This document shows positions 13,258-23,900 of a DNA stretch of 64,000 nucleotides, piece after piece (the first letter of the stretch is position 1; each line of letters opens with the position of its first letter). Source of the DNA: Mobula hypostoma (Eukaryota). The position numbers and the translations under genes were made by a program. The stretch covers positions 103,542,001 through 103,606,000 of the forward strand of contig NC_086097.1 of assembly GCF_963921235.1 (NCBI RefSeq). Reading direction: 5' to 3'. The notes under the pieces were generated by a model that saw nothing but the letters and a program-made list of their open reading frames with translations, had not been told where the DNA came from and ran no database searches.

Positions 13258-13478
13258 TTTCCTCAATCCGCAGCCTGAGTTGCTCCTGGTCGTGTTTAAG
13301 CTCTTGTTCTGCCTGTGAGTCCGTTGCTTGGATGCGTTGCCTCAGTTCCTCAACGTAGCTTTGCTGCTGGCGTATTTGTTGTTGGTAGAACATTTCCATT
13401 CCCCTCAGCTTCTGTTTGTAGTCCTCGTTCTCCTGCTGCTTGTTCTGGTAGCACTGCTGCAGCTCTTTCAGCTGCCTC
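13258..13478 (-). CDS. STARD9: STARD9 coiled-coil exon: RQLKELQQCYQNKQQENEDYKQKLRGMEMFYQQQIRQQQSYVEELRQRIQATDSQAEQELKHDQEQLRLRIEE
   Basis: ttgtttgttgtcag| acceptor, |gtatgt donor; 221 nt, phase 2-1, within ORF 13250..13567. QI-QQQSYVE-LR and EL--DQ match recalled STARD9. Confidence 0.92.
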
Positions 13479-13609
13479 CTGACAACAAACAACAGCAAGT
13501 ACAAAGGTTCAAAGTACATACATGACACCAGATATACCCTGTGATTCATCTTCTTGCAGGCATACACAGAAAATCCAACACATTAGGATCAATAAAAGAC
13601 CGTAGCCAA

Positions 13610-16600
13610 CAGAACGTACGAAGGAACTGGTTGAGGGGGCAGGGATTCAGATTTCTGTATCACTGGGAACTCTTTTGGTGAAAGTACGACCTGGGTAAAA
13701 GGAATGGGTTACACCTGAACCCAAGGGGGACCAATATCTCTGCAGGCAGGTTTGCTAGAACTTTTGGGGAGGGTTAAAACTAATTTGGCAGGAGTATGAG
13801 AAACTGAATGATAGGGCTGAGAATGGGGCAGTTTGTATTCCAGAAGAGGCAGTGTGTAATGAGACTGTCAGGAAGGACAGGCAGCTGATTGGACAAAATG
13901 GCAGTCAATGAAATGAATTGCAGTGTAATGGGGAGCAAAACTGAAAGGGTGATGAATCCTGGACTGAAGGTATAATATTTGAATGCATGTTGTATACGAA
14001 ATAAGGTAGACGATCTTGTAGCGCAGTTAGAGATTGGCAGGTATGAAGTTGTGGGCATCACTGAGTAATGGCTGAAAGAAGATTATAGTTGGGAGCTTAA
14101 CATCCAAGGATACAAACTTTATTGGAAGTATAGGCAGGTATGTAGAGGAGGAGGAGTGGTTCTACTGGTTAAAAAATGAAGTCAAATCTTTAGAAAGAGG
14201 TGACTTAGAATCAATAGATGTAGAATTATTGTGGGTAGAGTGAAGGAACTGTTAGGGTAAAAGGACCCTGATGAGAGTTATATACAAGCCTCCAAACAGT
14301 AGCCAGGATGTGGGTTACAAACTACAATGGAAGATAAAAAATGCATGACAAAAGGGCAATGTTATGATAGTCTGGGGATTTCAATATGCAGGTAGATTTG
14401 GAAAATCAAGTTAGTGCTCATTTTGGATACCATGGGAGAGAATTTGTAGAATTCCTACAAGATGGCTTTTTTAGAGCTGTTGTGGTTGAGCCCATCTGGG
14501 GGAATCAGCAAAACGAGATTGGGTTTTGTGTAATAAACCAGATTTAACAGGGAGCCTAGGGTAAAGGAGCCCTTGGGAGACAGTGATCATAAGATGATAG
14601 AATTCACCCTGCAATTTCAGAGGGAGGAACTGGACAAAGTTGATTGGAAGGGGACAATAGTAGGGATGACAGTGGAACAGCAATGGCAGGAGTTTCTTGG
14701 AAACGTTAAAGAGAGGCAAGAGAAGATAATGGACCATCGGAAAATGACGCTGCAGAGGTAGTAATGGGGGGTAAGAACTAGTGGATGAACTGAATAAGTT
14801 TTACTGCATCAGTCTTCACTGTGAAAGATACTAGCAGTATAGTGAAAGTTCAAGAGTATCGGGGACAGAAGTGAGTGCAGTTGCTATTACTAAGGAGAAG
14901 GTTCTTGGGAAGCTGTAAGGACTGAAGGTAGATAAGTCACTTAGAACAGTTGGACTACACCCCCAGGGTTCCGAAAGAGGTAGCTGAAGAAACTCTGGAG
15001 GCTTCTTTCAAGAATCATTAGATTCTGGCATGGTTCTGGAGGACTGAAAAATTACAAATGTCACTCCACTCTTCAAGAAGGGAGGGAAGCAGAAGAAAGG
15101 AAATTATTGGCTAGTTGGCCTGACCTGAGTAGTTGGGAAGATGTTGGAGTTGATTCATAAGGATGATGGTTTTGGGGTACTTCAAGGCACATGATAAAAC
15201 AGGTCAAAGTCAGCATGGTATCCTCGAGGGAAAATCTTGACTGACAAATCCATTAGAATTCTTTGAGGAACCAACAAGCAGGATAGACAAAGGAGAATCA
15301 GTGGATGTTATTTAGTTTACTTGGACTTTTTAGAAGGCCTTTGACAAGATGCTACACATGAGGCTGCTTCGCAAGGTAAGGGCCCATGGTATTACATAAA
15401 GATAGTGCCATGGATAGAGCACTGGCTTATTGGCAGGAGGCAAAAAGTGGGATTAAAGGGAGCCTTTTCTGAATGGCCGTCAGTGAGCAATGGAGTTCCG
15501 CAGGAGTCTGTGTTGGAACTGTTTATTGTTATATGACAATGATTTGGATGATGGAATCGTAGGCTTTGTGGCCAAGTATGCAGATGATACCAAGATAGGG
15601 GGAGGGGGAGGTAGTGTTGAGGAAGCAAGGAGGCTACAAAAGGACATAGACAGATTAGGAGAATAGGTAAAGAAGTGCCAGATGGAATATAGTGTCAGGA
15701 AATGTGATGTGGAGAGGATGTTTCCAGTAGTTTGGGAGACTAGGACCAGCGGGCAAACCTCAATAGAGGGATGTCTTTTAAGACCATAAGACAAAGGAGC
15801 AAAAGTCGTCCATTCAGCCCATTGAGTCTGCTCCACCATTTTATTATGAGCTGATCTATTCTCCTATTTAGTCCCACTCCCCTGCCTTCTCACCATAACC
15901 TTTAATGCCCTGGCTACTCAGATACCCATCAATCTCTGCCTTAAATATATCCAATGACTTGGCCTCCACTGACGCCCGTGGCAACAAATTCCATAGATCC
16001 ACCACCCTCTGGCTAAAAAATTTCTTCGCATCTCTGTTCTGAATGGGCGCCCTTCAATCCTTAAGTCATGCGCTCTCGTACTAGACTCCCCCATCATGGG
16101 AAACAACTTTGCCACATCCACTCTGTCCATGCCTTTCAACATTTGAAATGTTTCTTTGAGGTCTCCCCTCATTCTTCTAAACTCCAAGGAATACAGTCCA
16201 AGAATGGACAAACGTTCCTCATATGTTAACCCTCTCATTCCTGGAATCATTCTAGTGAATCTTCTCTGTACCTTCTCCAACGTCAGCACATCCTTTCTTA
16301 AATAAGGAGACCAAAACTGCCCACAGTACTCCAAGTGAGGTCTCACCAGTTCTTTATAGAGCCTCAACATCACATCCCTGCTCCTATACTCTATTCCTCT
16401 AGAAATGAATGCCAACATTGCATTTGCCTTCTTCACCACCGACTCAACCTGGAGGTTCATTTTAAGGGTATCCTGCACGAGGACTCCCAAGTCCCGTTGA
16501 ATCTCAGAACTTTGAATTCTCTCCACATTTTGCCAGAGGATGGTGAATCTGTGGAATTCGTTGCCACAGGTGGCTGTTGAGGCCAGGTCATTGGGTGTAT

Positions 16601-16760
16601 TTAGGGTGGAGTTTGATAGGTCCTTGATTAGTCAGTGTGTGAAAGGTTACAGAGAGAAGGCAGGAGAATGAGGTTGAGAAGGGAAATGGATTGGCCATGA
16701 TCAAATGGTGGAGCAGAATGGGCCGAATGGCCTAATTCTACTCCTGTGCCTTATGGTCTT
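13610..16760 (+). mobile_element. Degenerate CR1 LINE (ORF1 end, EN, RT, 3' end)
   Basis: LHLNPRGT (esterase C-terminus), GDSDH (EN), RT remnants, 3' tail CTTATGGTCTT; interrupted at 15781-16528. Confidence 0.85.
15781..16528 (-). mobile_element. 5'-truncated CR1 inserted in opposite orientation
   Basis: ORF 15918..16526 (202 aa) RDLGV..LVRPHLEYC..RRFTRMIPG. Confidence 0.9.
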
Positions 16761-17869
16761 GCTTTTATATCAGCTGGGATAAAATAAGAGGTACGTTGTC
16801 AGCAGTACTAGCTGATTTACCTCACTCAAAGATGGGCTGTTACCAACAGAGTCAGGAATTCTGAGTGCATGGCACTAACATTTTTGAGTACAACTTCATC
16901 TCATGACAGCAGACCACGGTTTCTCATAATGTTTCAAAATCCAGCTTCAGTGTCAAGGCCCCTGCAGATGAGGGGCAGTTTACTGCCTTGCAAGGGGTTT
17001 AATGTGGGCTTTCAAACTAATGTTGCGGTCTGAGGATTCACAATTTTTGCAAATGTGCAATGAAAAAAATTTGACAAATTTACTCAATTTACCATGTGAC
17101 AACAGTAAGGTTTTGACTCTCAAAGTTAAATGGCCCAGCATGCTTCACAAAAGGCTGGTGTGCATTTCAAGCGAATGCAATGGATCCTGGGCACTAGGAC
17201 AGGTCATTTAGAGCAATACAATGTAACTTACCTGTCAACTCAAACAGTCGAATGTTATTGAACACACCTCACACTAATTCCATACAACACAATTCCAGAA
17301 TACCGCAGCTCCTCTTTAACTGAATTAATAATCTAATAACTATTACCAATCATGTTAATAATTAAAAGGTGCAGCATTTAATTATATTCCTAATTCATTA
17401 AGGCTAACATTGAAATGTTACACAGAATGGTGACCACTCTGATTAATGTCTGCAGATCTTTCTCCTGCAGCTAACCCAACAAGTAGATTTCAGAGGAAGA
17501 CTGACCCAGCCAGAATGATGCCTAGATGTCGGTGTAGCAACTATGCTTTCTGAATTCACACCCCACAAGAGATCTAGTGCAAAGGGAGCCACACTAGTTT
17601 GAAACACTGTGCAGGAGGCCACCATAACCATGACTACTGTTTCAGTAACCATCTTCAGAAAATGACAGTGTGTTTAAAGAAAAGCCCTGCGTGGATCCCT
17701 GGGATCAAATATATATCAGAGATAACAACTTAAAGACTGCTTTACTTTCATTGCGGCAATCTTTTATTTTATCCAAGGGGCCAATCAAATCATGAACAAA
17801 AATCATGGAATATTCAGCCTCTAAATATACAAGATAATGTTTGATGTTATAAAATGAAAACGTTACACA

Positions 17870-18145
17870 GGGGTAAAAAGGGGTTGCTTCACAGCCCCAG
17901 TGACCCCAGCTCAATCCTGAACACAGGTAGCGTCTGTGTGGAGTTGACTATACAAGTTTCCCTGGGTCATTCTGGATTTCCAACCATTAAGTGACCAATT
18001 TAAATTACCATCAGTGTAGGTAAATGGCAAAAAGGAATTGGGTGAGAAGGGGTAGGTGGTATACTACAGAACTGCTAAGAGGAGGAGTGGGATTGCTGCC
18101 AGCTGACAAGGACTTGATGGGTCAAATCGCCTCCTTCTGTTTTAA
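17870..18145 (+). mobile_element. V-SINE, degenerate
   Basis: GCTCAATCC B-box remnant, GTCTGTGTGGAGTT V-domain, CR1-like tail. Confidence 0.6.
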
Positions 18146-18829
18146 AGTAATTGCACTAAAGCCAATTTCAATTCACTGTGAAAGAAATCAAAGAGAAACA
18201 ATTATTTTAATACAAATTAAAATGTAAAGATCAGGTAGCAACAGTAGAGAAAAAAGAAAAATGCTTGAAGATCTCAAGTCTTGAAATCTTGTTTAACTCC
18301 CTTCTGCTTACTTCCAGCTTTTTCTGTTTCTTTATTTGAGCAATTAACAATGAGACATGGTAAAAGATTTTTTCAGCTGCAGATAATTAAGACAATTAAT
18401 AACTCTGTTTTTCCAGTGGAGTTGGTGGCAATTGTGTATTTTTTTTGATGTTCAGCATCACCAAAACTACTAAAAGGCAGCTGGATCTTCATTAATGTAC
18501 AATCTAAAGGCTGCTATCAGTTCAAAACTACAAACACAACTCATCTGAACTGACAATGTGGCTGGAGGATTCATTGTTTATATTCCAGTAGCCACTTATC
18601 TCTGCTGCGTTCTGTGAAATCATTAACTGAATGGGAATTTAAAAATAGTTACTTAACTAAAAGCAGTGCTCCACTAGCCAAAACATAAGTGGATAAATGT
18701 AACATTCTTCTCTTCCGGGTGATCACTGTGCTGATAGACAGTTCCAATATTTTCTGCTCAATGGGGAAAAACATGTTTTCAGCCACAATGTGATAAAATT
18801 CAAAGTAAATTTATTATCAAAGTATGATG

Positions 18830-19040
18830 ACAGCACCAATGACGAGGGTTCAATCCCACTGCTGCCTGTAAGAAGTTTGTATGCTCTTCCTGTGACCAGC
18901 TGTGTGGGTTTCATCCAGGTGCTCTGGTTTCATCCCGTATTTAAAGGATGTACAGGTTAGTTGCTTAACTGGACACATAGGTGGGCAATGTGAGCTAGTG
19001 GGCTGATAGGAACTGTTACTGTGCTGTATCTCAAAATAAA
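18830..19040 (+). mobile_element. V-SINE
   Basis: B box GGTTCAATCCC; V-domain GTGGGTTTCATCCAGGTGCTCTGGTTTC; A-rich tail. Confidence 0.75.
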
Positions 19041-19248
19041 AAATATACTACCTTGAGATTCATTTTCTTGCAAGCATTTACAGGAAAAACTATAGGTAAA
19101 CAAATAAAGATTGACAAACAACAAGTGTGCAACAGATGACAAATTGTGCAAATAAAAATAATACTGAGAAAATAAGTTGTAAAGAGATCTTGAAAGTCAG
19201 TCTATAAGGTCATAGAATCAGTTCTAATGAATAAAATTATCCACCCCA

Positions 19249-19545
19249 TTTGGGACCACCTGGTGAAGGAAGCCATTTACATTAAACTAGAGGAAAATAA
19301 TTTTAATAAAGATGAAGGACTTGTTCTAAGTAAGAACTGGAATTCAATTGCAAACAAGGTGGGACAGTGAAAACCTGATTGGATGAGGAGTATCCAATCA
19401 GAAGAGATAGGAAACGGGGGTATAAATACCATCGGACTAGACATGCCCAGGCATCATCCCTGATGAAGACGGTAAAGTGTGTCATTGAAACATCAGTTAC
19501 AATCAATACCTGTGCCTGGCTGGAAGCCCGAGAAGAATTGATTCG
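19249..19545 (+). mobile_element. Penelope-like element 3' fragment (GIY-YIG C-terminus plus terminal region with decayed hammerhead)
   Basis: Frame WDHLVKEAIYIKLEENNFNKDEGLVLSKNW; CTGATGA..GAAAC at 19460-19491; exact 12-bp TSD TTATCCACCCCA (19237-19248, 19546-19557). Confidence 0.85.
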
Positions 19546-20603
19546 TTATCCACCCCAGTTCCGGATCCTGATGGTTGTAGGGTAATAACTGTTACTGAAC
19601 CTGTTGGTGTGGGTCCTTCCTGATGGTAGGATGAGAAGAGGACATGCCCTGGATAGTGAGAATGTCTGATGATGGATGCACACCTCTTTCTGTTGGTTTT
19701 TCCATTCCTGAGTATTGATGCTTGTGTACCAGGCAACCAGTTAAGATGCTCTGCATTGTGCAGCTAGAGAGGTTTGTCAAAGTTTCTGGTGACACGTCAA
19801 ATCTATGCAACTTCTAAGGAAGCAGTGACACGGTCATGCTTTCTCTGTGATGACACTTATATGCTAGTCACAGAATAGATCCTGGACTTAAAGCTACTGA
19901 CCCTCTCCACCTCTGTTCCTTAAAGAGGACTACCTTAGGGACCTCTGTCTTCTTCCTGTAGTCAATAGTCAGCTCTTTGGTTTTGCTGACGGTGAGTGAG
20001 AAGTTGTTGTTGATTGCAGTAATCGGATCATAATTTAGAAGAGAATCAATCATAATAACTTTGATATTTCCATACTGACTTCATCATGAGTACAATCTAG
20101 AAATACCATTGAAATTAATGTATGTCCTATTGTAAAAGGCTCCTCTTGTTCTATGTTTGAGTCTCCATAAAACACAGGAACAGAATTCAGCCATTCGGCC
20201 CAATGAGTCTGCTCCACCATTCCATCAGGGGTGTTTTATTCTCTTGCCTTAATCACAGTGAATAATGCAAACAATGATTACATTGGATTTCCAGCATCTG
20301 CAGAATCTCTTGTGTTTCTGGTTAGATTAGTTTTGAACTCAAGACTTTCCCAAATTAATTAAGTGTCAGGCACTACAACTAAAATAGATGAATTTCCACA
20401 AGCTTTGGCAAGGGAGAGGGCAGTTACTCATTTGCTTTCATACAAGCAGGCTGTCTAAACAGATTTACAATCAATCATGTACAAATGTTTGTACTTCCCC
20501 TATGGTTCAATCACCCCTGAATTAAAAGACTGCACTATCAGCTGACCCACGGTTGAAACATCGATGCTTGTGGAAAATGGCAAAAGGCTCTGACGCACAT
20601 ACA

Positions 20604-20720
20604 GTCTCTCTCTTTCTCTCCCTCACACAAACATATATCCACCTACAGTTTCTCAGACACACATACACACACACACAAGTCCACCTCTCTCTCTCTCTCT
20701 CTCATACATACACACACACG
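20604..20720. repeat. Compound (CT)n/(CA)n microsatellite
   Basis: Visible dinucleotide runs. Confidence 0.9.
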
Positions 20721-20949
20721 AAGCATATGCAGAAGGGTCTCCCAGATACGTCCCACAGGAATTATTGTTAGGGTGTGCCTCAATCACCACCCTCCAGTGG
20801 CCAAACAGCTACTTCCCAAATCTCACTGTGCAAAGACAAGCAGTAATATTAACACCTAAATAAGAGTCACTTAATCGAGGAATGTGGAACTCCATCTTGG
20901 ACCTTCTATATGCTGGAACACAAGCCATGATCTTAAAAAAAAATCTATT

Positions 20950-23900
20950 GATCCTCAAAATCGGTGGACCCTGAACTGTAGACTCAGGTCACAAGTGCAG
21001 TCTCCCTTAAAGAGAAAATGTGCTAGGCTGCAAGTAAAATTGAACTGCAGAGCCCTTAGAACCCTTTCTCCCTACTACCCTGTTGGCGAAAGTTCAATCC
21101 CTGGAAAATAAAATGTAAGACTTCAGAGCAAGATTGAAGTACCAGGGGAACATCAGGGACTGCTGTGAACTTTGCTTCACAGAAACATGGTTCACCCTTG
21201 TCATTTTGGATGCAGCGCTGGAGCCTGAAGGCTTCACCGACTACTGCATGGACAACATAGCAGAGCCTCTTAAAGGTAGAGGAGGTATAGAATGCTTCAT
21301 GATTAACTCATTGTGGTGCACTTACATGGCAGTTCTGTCTCAAACCTGCTCAACTGCTCACCTGACCTGGAATATCAAATGACTTTATCTGCCGGGGGAG
21401 TTTTCCGCTGCCATCCTGGTAGTGGTGTACTTTCCACCTCTGGCCAAAGTCAGGTGGGCACTGGAGGAACTGAGCACTATGATCAGCAGTCACGAAACAG
21501 CACACCCTGATGCCTTCCCAGTCACTACAGGGTACTTCAACCAAGTCAGCTTGATGAAGTCTCTGAACAACTGCCACCAACATATCAACTGTGGAACCAG
21601 AGGAGCCAACATACTTATCTACTGTTACACCATTAAAAAGGCTTACCATATAATCCAATGCCCACACTTTGGCAAGTCATCTTGCTGTACTTCTACTCCT
21701 GATGTACAGGCAGAGAATGAGGGCCACATGGGGATGGTCTGAGGAGGTGAACGAGCACTTTCAGGACTGCTGTGAATTGGTGGAATGGATAATATTCTGG
21801 GATTCACCTTCAGATGTGAATGAATACGCCACAGTTGTCACTGACTTCATCAAGACCTGTGCGGATGAGGACGTACCAGACATACCTAAACCAAAAGCTG
21901 TGGACGAACCATGAGATTCGTAGTCTGCCGAGGGCTAGATCTATGGAGTTCAAGACTGGTGATCCAGAACTATACAAGAACTCCAGGTATGACCTATGGA
22001 AGGCTACTTGAAGAGTGAAAAAAAATTCAGATTCAGATGGAATTGGATATATGTTAGCTCTGAAAGGGTTTGCAAACCATTACTTCCTACAAGGCAAAAC
22101 TTAATGTCATGAATGGCTGTGATGCTTCTCTCCTGATAAACTCAATGCCTTTTATGCACGCTTTGAAAAGGAAGAATAAAAATACACCTGTGCAAATCCC
22201 AGCAACATCTGGCAACTCTATGATCTCTGTCTCGGAGACCAATGTCAGAACATCTTTCAAGATGGTGAGCCCACACAAAGCGTCAGGCTCCACTGGTTTT
22301 CCTGGTAAAGCACTGAACATCTGTGCCAACCAACAGGCATCTTCGATCTCTCAGTACTGTAGTTGGAGACTCCCACTCTTCCTTTAGAAGAGCAACAATC
22401 ATACCAATGCCCAAGAACAGCAGGGTGAGCTGCCTCAATGACTATAACCCAGACTACCTACTGTCATGAAGAGCTTTGATAGGTTGGTCATGGCCAGATT
22501 CAACTCCTGCTTAAGCAAGGACCTAGAGCTGCTGCAATTTGCCTACTGCTACAATAGATCTACAGCGGATGCAATCTCACTAGCTCTTCACTCAGCCTTG
22601 ACCATCTAAAGAACAAGAATACCTACATCAGGCTGCTGTTTATTGATTACAGCTCAGCGTTCAACAGCATTATACCCTCAATATTAATCAACAACCTCCA
22701 AAACCAGGGCTTCTGTACCTCCCTCTGCAATTTCCTCATGGAGAGACCACAGTCAGTGTGGATTGGAAACAACAGCTTAAAAGCCATCTATAAATTTGCC
22801 GGTGACACAGCTATTGCTGGCAAAATTTCAGATGGTGATGAGGAGGCGTACAGAGATGAGAAAGATCAGCAACCTTGTACTCAGCATCAGTAAACCCAAG
22901 GAATTGATTGTGAACTTCAGAAAGGGGAAGTCAAGGGAACATACATCAGTCCTCCGAGGGAGCAGTAGTGCAGAGGGTGAGCAGTTTGAACTTCTTGGGT
23001 GTCAACATCTCTGAAGATCTATCCTGGGCCCAACATACTGATGCAATTACATAAAAGGCACGATAGCGACTATATTTCATTAGGAGCTTGAGGAGATTTG
23101 ATGTGTCACCAAACACTCTAGCAAATTTCTACAGATGTACTGTGGAGAGCATTCTAACTGATTGCATCACAGTTTGGTACAGAGGGGCCACTGCACAAAA
23201 TCAGTAAAAGGTAGGGAAGGTTAGCAAACTCAGCCACCTCCATCTGGGCACTAGCCTCCCCAGCATTGAGAACATCTTCAAAAGACGATGCCTCAAAAGG
23301 TCGATATCTGTCATTAAGGACGCCCATCACCCAGCACATGCCCTCTTTTCATCGCTACCATCATGGAGGGGGCATAGGCGCTGAAGATACACACTAAAAA
23401 TTCTTGTTCCCTTCTGCCATCAGATTTCAGAAAAGACAATGTATCTATGTACACTACCTCTCCATATTTTTCCTCACTTTTTGCACTACTTATTTAATTA
23501 TGTATACATTATGTATATTTTATCTCACCGCTTATGGGTGGTGTTTATGTGTATTTTTCCCTCAATCTCAGGTCCTCTACCAGAGGCCTGAGAGCTTGAG
23601 GGTTCAGCTCAGCATCCTTGCTGTTCCTAGTAGTGCGCTCTTCTGGACCGAGGTCTTAGATGTTCCCAGGATATTTTGGAGTTACTCTCCCAGTTCAGGT
23701 GCAAAGTCCCAAGTACTCCTATCACCACAGGGATTACTCTGGCCTTAAGCTTCCACATCCTTTCTATCTGCTCTTTCAAACCCTGGTATTTCTCTAGCAT
23801 CTCATATTCTTTCTTTCTGATGTTGCTGTCACTTGGGATTGCCACATCTATACTATTGCTTTCTTCTGTTCCTCGTCCAGTATTACTAAGTCTGGTTGGT

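Larger units (their letters stand above)
18797..20010 (-). mobile_element. Rex1/Babar-like LINE 3' part hosting a V-SINE and a Penelope-like piece
   Basis: Minus frames SKTKELTIDYRK and SILTGC; 3' tail ATAAATTTACTTTGAA. Confidence 0.75.

Noticed and set aside
17225..17300. Strong minus-strand donor ACAG|GTAAGT as an extra exon
   Set aside because: The phase-2 frame needed contains TGA just upstream, and no convincing acceptor was found.
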